From: a virus
Strand: one strand, 5' to 3'
Virus record (IMG/VR): IMGVR_UViG_3300028563_000016
Location: 1 to 64,000 of that record
DNA length: 64,000 nt
Under the pieces are notes generated by a model that was given only the letters and a program-made list of their open reading frames with translations, did no database searches and was not told where the DNA came from. Shown here piece by piece: positions 30,391-39,690 of the stretch (position 1 is the first letter of the stretch; every line of letters starts with the position of its first letter). The translations under genes were made by a program, and so were the position numbers.

Positions 30391-30848
30391 TCTTCCTCGT
30401 AGTTGTCAATAGTTTCTTGCACAAGTTTCCAAAATTCAAGCGTGTCATCGTCATCAAGAGGAATTAGTCTCTTATTTCCGATTCGTTTCGAGTAATAATT
30501 TATGATGCGTGTAGTCGCATTCCGACGTCTGCCATCATCTATTTTTGACATCTTTACTTGAACTTTTTTGAAAGCCTTTTCTTTGTTGAACGATCCTTTG
30601 ACTTCGTGAAAGTATGCTCTCGCGAAACTATCAAGAAGTCTGGACACTTCGTTGAACAGCCAATGATCGTAGTCTTGTTGCACACAAAGCGAATTTTTAC
30701 GTGCCAATCGTGCTTTGTAGAATTCTCGTATTGCTCCAGTGAGGTATTCCAATAAATTATCAGTCCACACTTCTTGCGTGTGCGCTTTTTCCATGAGAAG
30801 CATTTTCTTAATGGCTTCTCGCAACAGCGTCTCTTCATATTTTGTCAT
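30387..30848 (-). CDS. Hypothetical, probable head-internal protein
   Basis: N-terminal LLREAIKKMLLME; TAGTTTAT upstream. Confidence 0.5.
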   Translation of the reverse strand: MTKYEETLLREAIKKMLLMEKAHTQEVWTDNLLEYLTGAIREFYKARLARKNSLCVQQDYDHWLFNEVSRLLDSFARAYFHEVKGSFNKEKAFKKVQVKMSKIDDGRRRNATTRIINYYSKRIGNKRLIPLDDDDTLEFWKLVQETIDNYEEE

Positions 30849-31003
30849 GTGAACATTATAAACTAATCGCGACAAAATTACACGTCATTGTATTGCGTGT
30901 AGAAGAAAGCCGAGCAAGAAACCAAACACGCTTCCCACGAGCACTCCCACTACGGGCCACCTGCGAAATATATCTGACAACGACGGTGTTTCAAATGAAA
31001 AAC

Positions 31004-31228
31004 TCATGACATTTCGACTTTCTCATCATTGATGGTGATTGTTTTAAAAAATCGAAAGTCATTGGCATCATACATTGGCGGTGAAATCTCTATAACGTAT
31101 TGTTTATTGGGAACGCGTTTTAGTTCAGGCGTAGATGCATCTTGCGCTTCTGATAGGCTACCAACACGAGGTTCTACGTTTGAAAGAATAGAACCCAATA
31201 CGTTTAATTGTTCATATGTTAATTTCAT
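31004..31228 (-). CDS. Hypothetical protein
   Basis: 74-aa ORF coupled to the upstream gene. Confidence 0.45.
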   Translation of the reverse strand: MKLTYEQLNVLGSILSNVEPRVGSLSEAQDASTPELKRVPNKQYVIEISPPMYDANDFRFFKTITINDEKVEMS

Positions 31229-32001
31229 AATAACTCCTTTTGAACGCTTCCATAATCAATGTTCAAATCTTCTAACTTCTTCTTGTCATAAATCACAAGT
31301 TTCATTGTCGGATTTGAATTCCGAATGTGATCAAGTTTGTCACGTTGTTCCCAACTCCAAAACGCGCCCTTGACGTCGACGTGTTCGTTAGTAGACGGGA
31401 GAAAGAAGTCTGGATAGTAAGAGCGAGTTGCGCCATCGGGAGTTGTGTATGGAAACCTGCCTCGGTGAGCAACGTAGTCAATGTTATTTGCGTCGAAGTA
31501 ACGAGCGACTGCGACTTCCCACGTGCCTTGAAGCTTCACTATCTCGCCGGATGGCTTTGTGTGAGCGTACCACTTGCACTTTCCGACGGGCACATTGTCG
31601 TACTTGCCGTCTAGCCAGGCTTGACGACGTTGCTGAGCATGTTGTTCTCTAAAAATAGGATCATTTGCAAACTTTTCTTTTCGAGTTTTAGATTGTTTTG
31701 CGCGAGCATCAGGCTGTTTCATCCCATTTTTATCGCCGACATTAACTTCGTTTCGAATTAGTCCTTTACTAATATTTTCAGCCCATTCAGGATGTGTGGC
31801 TTTTGAACGATAAACTTTACCACGTGCAGGATTATTTGTCGAAGCCCACACTTTATAACACATACGATTACAAAAACGACGTTCACGATGTTTGTAGCGT
31901 ACAAATTCTTTTGTGCCACACACTATGCATGTGACCTCGACTTCGGGATGTCTAGACATCACGTTTTCTATACGCCCTTCCAACCATTTTTTCCCAATCA
32001 C
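31225..32001 (-). mobile_element. Free-standing PD-(D/E)xK homing endonuclease with Zn-finger and NUMOD-like region
   Basis: CIVCG..FCNRMC, QGTWE and YYPDFFLP...VDVKG. Confidence 0.75.
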
Positions 32002-32914
32002 GATGTTCAGGTGGTACCAATTCTAAATTTTTATCTCGTATAGCTTCCATCAACTTTGGTTTCATCCCAACGGCATTTGACATGAAAACCATCGCAGAGA
32101 GGTCTTTCGGGAAACAATGGCCGCGGCCTCCGGGAATGCCATTTTCACCAGGTACATTCATGTGTGTGCCACCAAGACGAGGATCAAGCTTTGCGTATTC
32201 AACGATTTTATCGTAATCAACGTTATATCCTAACTCATCAAGTTTATTTGCTATTTGCCACAGTTCACAACTCAATACAACACGAGCCATGAGTTGAATA
32301 TTTGTGAAATACTTTACAAATTCAGCCGTTGAACTACTTGTCTTGATAATTGGTACGTTTGGAAATGCGGTTTGAAATAATTGTTTAACAACATTGATAT
32401 AAGGACGAGGCCCACCGAGAATTATGCGATTTTGATTTCGCATGTCGTCAACAGCGTTCTTTTCTGTTAAAAATTCAGGGCTGAAGCAAATTCGAAGTCC
32501 AGTATTTTCATACTTTTTATTCCACTTTTCAGTACTTCCAGGAGGAATTGTACTTTTTACAACAACAATATGATTTCCTGGGATGACGGCGAATTCTTCA
32601 AGAACACTTTCAACAATTGAAAGATCACATTCGCCGTCATCCCACATTGGCGTTGGAAGACAACAAAAATAAATTCCCGAAAACCCTTCCTTCGGTGAAC
32701 AGCTCTCGACTAACTCTCGAATGTTTTCAACGTTTCTATAATCAGGAGCTCCTGAACAATCAGTAAAATATCGTATTTGTGCTTTTTCAGCACCCACGGC
32801 ACACTTGCCTGCTTTGTCGTAGTTATAAACAGTCAGTCCACGCTCAACTAATACTTGAGCAAGTGAACCACCCACAAAGCCCGCACCTATCACTGCAACC
32901 GATGTCTTTGTCAT
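31952..32914 (-). CDS. UDP-glucose/GDP-mannose dehydrogenase family (short form)
   Basis: GAGFVG, CLPTP, VVKSTIPPG, SPEFL.E, AEFVKY..N, DPRLG and GHCFPKD. Confidence 0.93.
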   Translation of the reverse strand: MTKTSVAVIGAGFVGGSLAQVLVERGLTVYNYDKAGKCAVGAEKAQIRYFTDCSGAPDYRNVENIRELVESCSPKEGFSGIYFCCLPTPMWDDGECDLSIVESVLEEFAVIPGNHIVVVKSTIPPGSTEKWNKKYENTGLRICFSPEFLTEKNAVDDMRNQNRIILGGPRPYINVVKQLFQTAFPNVPIIKTSSSTAEFVKYFTNIQLMARVVLSCELWQIANKLDELGYNVDYDKIVEYAKLDPRLGGTHMNVPGENGIPGGRGHCFPKDLSAMVFMSNAVGMKPKLMEAIRDKNLELVPPEHRDWEKMVGRAYRKRDV

Positions 32915-32947
32915 GTAGTAGAATTTATGCTACACAAGAGCACGTGT

Positions 32948-33457
32948 TCACTTAATTGGCCACCACTCAGGAACTTTTGTTCTTGGCTCCCACGCAGCAA
33001 ATTTTGCCTTTTCACCCACGTAGTAGTTTCTGTACGCTTGCACTGCATCATCGTGATTTCTGTACTTTTCCGGCATTGCTTGCGCAAAGGGCGAGTGATG
33101 CTTGAAGTTTCCGCATCGATAAAATTCTTCACCCGCGAACTCTGACGCGCACTCGATGACGCGCTGCGACGCATGAACCCGCTTGTAGCGACGCGTGTAC
33201 TCGTCACAGAGCTCGAGCGAGTGCTTCACAAGCCAGTCAAAGTTGTCAGACGTTGCCATGGCCCACCTGACGCATGGGTGATGCTTGTGCGTCGGTTTGT
33301 ACAGACAACACGCGTATTCAGAATAACGTATGGGATCCCGAAGGTGTATTGCAGTCGACAAGATTTGGGCGCTTTCGCAAACCATTTTCACAACGTGGCG
33401 ATTGCACTGCATTTGTGCTGCTTCATGAGGATCTGACGACAAAATAAAAATGTTCAT
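32948..33457 (-). CDS. Pyrimidine-dimer DNA glycosylase-like protein (DenV-related)
   Basis: MNIFIL, HVVKM..E.AQ.LST, H.HHPC..W, EY..RY...H, QAMP and AYR.YY. Confidence 0.85.
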   Translation of the reverse strand: MNIFILSSDPHEAAQMQCNRHVVKMVCESAQILSTAIHLRDPIRYSEYACCLYKPTHKHHPCVRWAMATSDNFDWLVKHSLELCDEYTRRYKRVHASQRVIECASEFAGEEFYRCGNFKHHSPFAQAMPEKYRNHDDAVQAYRNYYVGEKAKFAAWEPRTKVPEWWPIK

Positions 33458-33533
33458 TTTTTAATTTTATCACGTTTTGCCGATATAATAAACTCGTAAA
33501 TCACACAAATTACTATTGGCACGACGTAGATCA

Positions 33534-33713
33534 TCACAGACCACAGTGTTCGCACTCAGTAATTAACCCATCGCCAGAACTTTGTGATAGAAAGTCTATC
33601 GTGATCTTTCTGAGAAGCTTGCTGACAGACGTGTCCTTTGCTTTTGCGATTGTGACTAATTTTTCATAGTGTTCATCTGATAAACGTAATGTAGCTGAAC
33701 TTTCATAATTCAT
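33534..33713 (-). CDS. Ribbon-helix-helix (CopG/Arc-like) DNA-binding protein, 59 aa, missing from the track
   Basis: Translates as MNYESSATLRLSDEHYEKLVTIAKAKDTSVSKLLRKITIDFL...CEHCGL; GGGAAAGAG upstream. Confidence 0.7.
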   Translation of the reverse strand: MNYESSATLRLSDEHYEKLVTIAKAKDTSVSKLLRKITIDFLSQSSGDGLITECEHCGL

Positions 33714-33880
33714 GATAATATCTCTTTCCCTCTACAACATGGGGATAATAACATTCTTACCCGTAGTTTTTCACTGTTTACAAAAAAAATAAAAGATACT
33801 AAATATACAACACTTTTGAAACTTGTCCCTCATACTTATAAAAAGATGCCAGAAATGGCAAGAAAGAAAGAAAAAATAAT

Positions 33881-34582
33881 ATGGCAACAGTACTAACACC
33901 CATGCCCGGACAAACAGTCGTGTCTTCAGACGATAATGACGATCGACGGAACCGTGGTTACGAACATCGCGAGAATTTCGACAAGCGAGAACACTGGATC
34001 GACCAGCAAATTCTTGACAACCGCAAGGCGATTTCGGCTGACAATACTGTCATTCAAACTAATCAGTTTGCAATCGAAGGTCGGTCTTTAGTCGAGGCTG
34101 CGAAGAATGCGGCTGCACAGAGTCTAGAAAGCGCGAAAAACGCTGCTGCTCAAATTTTAGAAAGTGCGAAAAACACTGCGGCTTTGGACGTTCAAGCCGA
34201 GAAAAATGCTGCTGCACTAGGCGTTCAGGCTGAAAAACTGTCAGCGTCGCGTGAAGTTCAAGCGGAAAAAATTGCGGCTGCGTCTCTTGTCAACAGCTTG
34301 ACCCTGAATTCAGCAACTAACGTGCTTATTCAGACTAAGGCTGATGCGGCCACGTTGTTTGCTGCACAGAATGCTGCCTCTATCACCGCACAGATGGCGA
34401 CTTGTTGTTGTGAACTGAAAGAAGCAATTCGCGATGACGGTGATCACACTCGAGACGACATTGATGACCTCGAAGAGAGAATCAATGCCATTGAAAGTTT
34501 GAGGAATGCCGTTGATCTCGTTGATGCCAAGAACGAAATCACACTTTTGAAGACGAAGTTACCGACCGGTACTGTCGTCTAA
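33881..34582 (+). CDS. Ala-rich 11-residue-repeat coiled-coil protein with a CCCE motif
   Basis: Repeats E(S/A)AKNAAAQ(S/I)L and QAEKNAAALGV; QMATCCCELKE. Confidence 0.75.
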   Translation: MATVLTPMPGQTVVSSDDNDDRRNRGYEHRENFDKREHWIDQQILDNRKAISADNTVIQTNQFAIEGRSLVEAAKNAAAQSLESAKNAAAQILESAKNTAALDVQAEKNAAALGVQAEKLSASREVQAEKIAAASLVNSLTLNSATNVLIQTKADAATLFAAQNAASITAQMATCCCELKEAIRDDGDHTRDDIDDLEERINAIESLRNAVDLVDAKNEITLLKTKLPTGTVV

Positions 34583-34626
34583 ACTGACCCGTGTGACAGT
34601 GGGTTAACTGTCACTAAATAAGAATG

Positions 34627-34662
34627 ACAAAGCTCTTGCGAAAGTGAGAGCTTTGTGTTTTT
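34627..34662 (+). terminator. Rho-independent terminator (a second hairpin lies at 34593-34614)
   Basis: ACAAAGCTCTTGC-GAAA-GTGAGAGCTTTGT followed by GTTTTT. Confidence 0.75.
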
Positions 34663-34674
34663 AATAGAACGACA

Positions 34675-35007
34675 ATGAAAAATAAACAAAAATACGAACC
34701 AAGCAAAACATACATTGAACTGTTGGCATTACGAAAAGAAATCGCCACAATAAAAAATGGACATAAATATCAAAAACAAATCGTCGTAAATAAAAATCCA
34801 CATCCATGCACGAACGTCATGATGAACATTGCGTACGAATTATCTCAACCACAAATTGATGAAACACCAACACAACACATTGAAGAAACTATGAGTTCTG
34901 TTTCACCAAATGCATTGCGATTTTTAACAAAAGATGAACTTGAAACATTGAAAAAAGAAGAAGTCGTGCAACAAGTCAAAAAACGTGGACGAAAACGAAA
35001 AGTTTAA
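34675..35007 (+). CDS. Hypothetical protein with a basic C-terminus
   Basis: 110-aa ORF ending KKRGRKRKV. Confidence 0.5.
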   Translation: MKNKQKYEPSKTYIELLALRKEIATIKNGHKYQKQIVVNKNPHPCTNVMMNIAYELSQPQIDETPTQHIEETMSSVSPNALRFLTKDELETLKKEEVVQQVKKRGRKRKV

Positions 35008-37010
35008 TCTTTCACGCATAGTGGTTCTTGTTTTGTTACACGAATACATGGCGTTTGAGAACCATCCCAATTTCGATGAAACACCCAACCACCAATTTGT
35101 TCAAGTTCTGAAGCGCGGCGTTTGATCATTTCATCAGTCACTTGTGACCACGAAACATCAAAAAACATGTTATGTTCAGCGTCATCGACGTAACTGTTGT
35201 TAGTAAGGACGTTCCAATGCCTGCTCCAGAAATCACGATATAGGCGAATTTTTCTCTCAATGTCAACCCATGAGTAATGAAACACTCCAGGTAATTCGTT
35301 CACGTAAGCATTGAACCACTGTTCGTATGCAGCTAATGCGTTCTTGTCGCCTTGCAATGCTTTTGCTTGTGCATGTCGTGCATCGTTTGGCACGGCAGTC
35401 ACGAATGGAACGCGTAGACCGGTATCTCTGAACACCATGTCACACCCGTCGCTGCCACCTTTGCAATAAAGGTTTCCTTCATCATCTGTTGCGCGTAATT
35501 CGAGAGGGATGCCATGTGTCACTGTGTGGCATTGATCGTTCATTGACAAGCGCCATTTTTCAGGCGGAATATCTACGCGCACTTTTCCATTTTTCACCGG
35601 GCCCCACCATTCTACGACCGGTAAAGAAATTCCATCAATTCCATTATTTTTCATGTACTCACATAATGGAAGAATTTTCTTTGCATCGTCTTCTGACACG
35701 ACTTCGTCAACGTCCATCTGCCAACAGTAATCACCTGTGCACATGTCACGAGCTTCTGCTTTTTGCATGCCATCGAAGAGTGCAGATTGCTTTGAGTTCC
35801 AGTCGCGTGGAATTATCTTGACACGCACTTTACCACGTTTTACACCAAACCATTCGTCTGGAAATTCATACGGTTCACCCGTGTTTTTGCAATGTAGCAT
35901 TGCCTCTGCGTATAATCCTAACGTAAAGTGACAATCACAATCTCCTGGATATGCGAGCCAAATTAATTCGTTTAATGTTGTGTCGGTTGAACCACCATCA
36001 ACTACACACACTTCATCACAGAATTGTAACATTGAACGAATGCACGCTTCGAAAGGATATTGTTGAGATATACAATTGTACGTTGTGCAATAACCAGAAA
36101 TTGTTATGTTATTTGTTTCTATTTCACGAATGTTATCCCAAAATAATTGATGAGCATTTTGAAGATACGTTTCAATGTAATCAATACGTTCGTTAAACCA
36201 ATGTTCATCCTTGTGTTGAACAAACTTGTTCAAAACAAGTTCACAATTTAGCAATTTTCCTTCAATACAAAACCTCGGACATGTATCTGGTCCCGATGGA
36301 AGATATACGATACCTTTTGATTTTGACAATTTCTCCAATAGTTGATCATATGGCAAATTCCAAACAACTTCATATTTAATGTCATTTTTTTCGCAATATT
36401 GTTTTGCATTCTCAAAGCCTTTAACCCAACTTTGAGAACCCAACACAATCCACGTATCACTTTTTGTGTTTTCTCTTAGTAATTTGATTTTGTCAAGAGT
36501 TTTCTGATCAAAGACTGATGACAACACATCACTGTTTCGAGACAGCTGGGGAAAATTATCAAGATACACTTGTCTCTGTTTTTCTGACATGAACCATAGT
36601 TGTTTTGCATTTGAGAAGAAACTCGAAATTAATCTCCCGATGTCTTGAGTTGCACAGTCACATTTTCCAGTTTTTTCTATGTGAAGCTGTGGCAAACGAT
36701 ACAGACAAAATTTATAGTCAAATTCACAAACAACATATTTCAAAAATTTCGAGATCACCGGTAACAGTTGTGGATTAATTGTCGAGAAATTTCCAAACAC
36801 AAATATTTTGTTTATGTTGTTTTTTATGATTTGCTCAGTTATGTCACGAGCATGTAATTTAAAGTAAGCATATGGACACGAAGACATGATTGCCGCTAAC
36901 GTTGCTTCTGCGCCACCAAAATATTCATGTTCAAATAAATCTGATACAAACACGACACGTGTTTCTGGAGGGATCAGCATTGTCTGTTTTGACAAATCAA
37001 TAAAGTTCAT
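35004..37010 (-). CDS. Two-domain glycosyltransferase (GT-B + GT2)
   Basis: GGAE, WVKG and DTCPR..IE.KLL, then ISGY.TTYN, DEVCVVDGGSTD and WQMDVDE. Confidence 0.88.
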   Translation of the reverse strand: MNFIDLSKQTMLIPPETRVVFVSDLFEHEYFGGAEATLAAIMSSCPYAYFKLHARDITEQIIKNNINKIFVFGNFSTINPQLLPVISKFLKYVVCEFDYKFCLYRLPQLHIEKTGKCDCATQDIGRLISSFFSNAKQLWFMSEKQRQVYLDNFPQLSRNSDVLSSVFDQKTLDKIKLLRENTKSDTWIVLGSQSWVKGFENAKQYCEKNDIKYEVVWNLPYDQLLEKLSKSKGIVYLPSGPDTCPRFCIEGKLLNCELVLNKFVQHKDEHWFNERIDYIETYLQNAHQLFWDNIREIETNNITISGYCTTYNCISQQYPFEACIRSMLQFCDEVCVVDGGSTDTTLNELIWLAYPGDCDCHFTLGLYAEAMLHCKNTGEPYEFPDEWFGVKRGKVRVKIIPRDWNSKQSALFDGMQKAEARDMCTGDYCWQMDVDEVVSEDDAKKILPLCEYMKNNGIDGISLPVVEWWGPVKNGKVRVDIPPEKWRLSMNDQCHTVTHGIPLELRATDDEGNLYCKGGSDGCDMVFRDTGLRVPFVTAVPNDARHAQAKALQGDKNALAAYEQWFNAYVNELPGVFHYSWVDIERKIRLYRDFWSRHWNVLTNNSYVDDAEHNMFFDVSWSQVTDEMIKRRASELEQIGGWVFHRNWDGSQTPCIRVTKQEPLCVKD

Positions 37011-37104
37011 AGAAAAAATTATATTACAAGAAAAAAGAGACGTTCACAATCACTTTTTCTATACACGTTTCACGTAAACTATTATAATAGCTAATAGCTA
37101 AACA

Positions 37105-37167
37105 AGAGCTAGCAAGAGCTACTGTTTAATAGAGCTAGCAAGAGCTACTGTTTAATAGAGCTAGCAA
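37105..37167. repeat. 26-bp tandem repeat, about 2.4 copies (candidate origin iterons)
   Basis: AGAGCTAGCAAGAGCTACTGTTTAAT at 37105 and 37131, partial at 37157; extra TAGCTAA units just upstream. Confidence 0.9.
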
Positions 37168-37209
37168 CGTTTTGTACATTTGCCATTATATTGATTAAAC
37201 ACGATTAAC

Positions 37210-38412
37210 ATGATTAAATTTGATGTTGATATTCAAAAAACGATTCTCAAAATTTGTGATGAAATTTCACAATCATTAAAATTCGATAGATTTATTTTAC
37301 TTGAACAAAATGATAGATTGCTTAAACAAACAAATTTACAACATATTTTTAATTTCAAGTTTGAATCTGAACTTGATCGTTTGATTTTTCAAACAATTAT
37401 TACGTATGCGTTAAAAGCTGAACAGTTCGCGCCATTTGGCTTTGTTCGAACAATTGATTATTTATTAACTAAATTTATTCATAATCGAAATATTATCGAA
37501 ACTAACAACTCAATATCGAGTAAAGCTAAAAAATCTCATATTATTGACGTTATCAAGCATATTTCAAAATCAACATTTGTCACAGAAGTTGCGCTACGTG
37601 CTATTGAACTTGCAGGTCATTATGGGAAAGTTTTGGTTGAAAAAACACAATCCGACGTAGTGTCAGTAGAGCTTGTTCGTGGTTACACTTTTAGTGTAAT
37701 ACCCTCTTGGAACATGAAATTACTTCGTCTTGTGTCACCAAGAGTGATATGTATCGATGGTTTTATTGAGTCAGTTTCCGAAATTAATTCTTTATTAGAA
37801 AGTGCAGCAGAAAATAAAGAAACAGTTTTATTATTTACGCGTGGAATATCAGAAGAAGTTAAACACACGTTAAAAGTGAATAATGATCGTGGAACATTAA
37901 ACGTTTATTCGTATATCACTGAGACTGATTTGAGTGGATTGAACACGCTTAAGGACATAGCGACTGTGTGTTGTGGCGACGTTGTGTCGTCATTTAAAGG
38001 TGAACTAATTAGCACGATATCGCTTGCAACGTTGCCAATTATTAATGAAGCGACGTTATATTCGAATAAAATTGTCATAAAAAATATGTGTTCAAACAAT
38101 AACGTTAAACTTTTAGTGAAAGAACTTAATGAAAAAAAGAAAGAAAAAGTCGACGATGTGGTTGAACTAATAAACAAGCGTATTAAAAGTTTGTCACCCA
38201 ATCATGTAGTCATTAGACTTATTGATGATATTGATTTTGTGATAAATTCACAAAAAATTGATTACATTCTTCGTTCTATAAAATCTTTGATTGAACATGG
38301 TGTAACAATCATCGATAACAATATTTTGTTGACTGCGACAGAATTGGCTGCACAAAAATGCGCAAATGAATGCTATCTTTATTTACAAGATTTAAGTTGT
38401 GTCATTCGTTAG
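37210..38412 (+). CDS. Divergent GroEL/Cpn60-like chaperonin
   Basis: AIELAG..G.V.VE, VELVRGY.F, IDG.IESVSEI..LLE, L.DIA.VC.GDVVS and RIKSL; no GDGTT motif seen. Confidence 0.7.
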   Translation: MIKFDVDIQKTILKICDEISQSLKFDRFILLEQNDRLLKQTNLQHIFNFKFESELDRLIFQTIITYALKAEQFAPFGFVRTIDYLLTKFIHNRNIIETNNSISSKAKKSHIIDVIKHISKSTFVTEVALRAIELAGHYGKVLVEKTQSDVVSVELVRGYTFSVIPSWNMKLLRLVSPRVICIDGFIESVSEINSLLESAAENKETVLLFTRGISEEVKHTLKVNNDRGTLNVYSYITETDLSGLNTLKDIATVCCGDVVSSFKGELISTISLATLPIINEATLYSNKIVIKNMCSNNNVKLLVKELNEKKKEKVDDVVELINKRIKSLSPNHVVIRLIDDIDFVINSQKIDYILRSIKSLIEHGVTIIDNNILLTATELAAQKCANECYLYLQDLSCVIR

Positions 38413-39358
38413 GTTCTTTTAAAACATCCATGTCGGCGAGTGCTGCAATTAACCTTGCCGGATCTTTCACACCCAAGTCTTCTAACGCGGGTTTTACTTT
38501 GTTTAACACAACACGTTGTGTTTGATCGACTTGGCGTCCAGGTTTTATTTGTGGTTGTTGTGTTGGTGTCGTACCTGTTTCTTGAGATTCAACATCGTTT
38601 TTAGAACCTTGTTGCGATAATTTTTCTTCAGTAGAATTAGAAATTTCTTTTCCATGTTCAACTGCGTCTTCGGCTGCCGCAACTTTTGTGGTTATATCAG
38701 CAATGTTACTTAGTTGTTGCATGACTTGTCGACAAATAATCCAAATATCACCCTTTGTCATTTTTGATATGCCGGTAACGAAGTCGTTAACAACAAATCC
38801 TTGCAAATATTTCTTTGTCCAATTTGTTCCAAGTTTTTGAATTATTCCACTTTGTGGTTTAATTCCCTTTTGAACAATTGCTGTCAACGTATTTTTTCCA
38901 TTTATTCCAATAATTTCTTCGACAGTTTGATCATCGTCGCCACCCATTGCTGAAAGAAATTTGTACATTAACGTAAAAAATGAAAACAACATATTCGCAA
39001 AAGCTATCACGTCGACTAACGGATTGTCTTTTTCTTTTTTAAAAAGTCCAATGATTTTGTCAAACAAATTTTTAGATCTGTCTTTACCACTAAAAATTTG
39101 TTGAAGTTCTGCTATTGCAGATTTTGTTGCAGTTCGAAACAAAATAAATGGATCAGTGACGTCGGTTGGCGAATGCATTGGCCATTTTATTGCATTTAGT
39201 CTTTCAATAAGAGCGATTGCATCATTTGCTGTTGTTTGATCGAACACTTCACGTAGTAAAAGTGTCGTATTTGCGTTTCGTATCTTCTCTTGAAGAATTA
39301 ATTTCTTGTCAATGACGCTAATACGTGTTTTTAATTCACTGATTAGAAAACTATTCAT
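38402..39358 (-). CDS. Hypothetical, probable late/virion protein
   Basis: ATACTTAT just upstream; LILQE and LLLRE motifs. Confidence 0.55.
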   Translation of the reverse strand: MNSFLISELKTRISVIDKKLILQEKIRNANTTLLLREVFDQTTANDAIALIERLNAIKWPMHSPTDVTDPFILFRTATKSAIAELQQIFSGKDRSKNLFDKIIGLFKKEKDNPLVDVIAFANMLFSFFTLMYKFLSAMGGDDDQTVEEIIGINGKNTLTAIVQKGIKPQSGIIQKLGTNWTKKYLQGFVVNDFVTGISKMTKGDIWIICRQVMQQLSNIADITTKVAAAEDAVEHGKEISNSTEEKLSQQGSKNDVESQETGTTPTQQPQIKPGRQVDQTQRVVLNKVKPALEDLGVKDPARLIAALADMDVLKEPNE

Positions 39359-39407
39359 AACACATAAGTATGGAGTGACTTACTATCAAAATATAGGAGT
39401 TTTCAAA

Positions 39408-39689
39408 GTGGACGAAAAAACTACATTTCAAATTTTAACTTTCATAAAGAATTCACTCGAGGAAAAAATTGCCAATGCAGTAGGTGAAAATCAACTTTTG
39501 ATCGATCAAAAACAGCTACCTGTGTTGTTTGCTACGTTGCAAAACGTTGTTGATGCATGCCAGATACCTGTTTCAAGAATGTTAAATGAAGCAAACAAAG
39601 CTTATCAAATAAAATTTAACGTTCCTTATGAGACGACTGAAGAATTTGCTAAAAATCTTTCAAAGAAGTTTTCACGAAAAGAAAAGTGA
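39408..39689 (+). CDS. Hypothetical protein (probable GTG start)
   Basis: AGGAG RBS before GTG GAC GAA. Confidence 0.5.
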   Translation: MDEKTTFQILTFIKNSLEEKIANAVGENQLLIDQKQLPVLFATLQNVVDACQIPVSRMLNEANKAYQIKFNVPYETTEEFAKNLSKKFSRKEK

Positions 39690-39690
39690 C

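Noticed and set aside
37105-37167. CRISPR mini-array
   Set aside because: The repeats are directly adjacent with no unique spacers, and no cas genes are present
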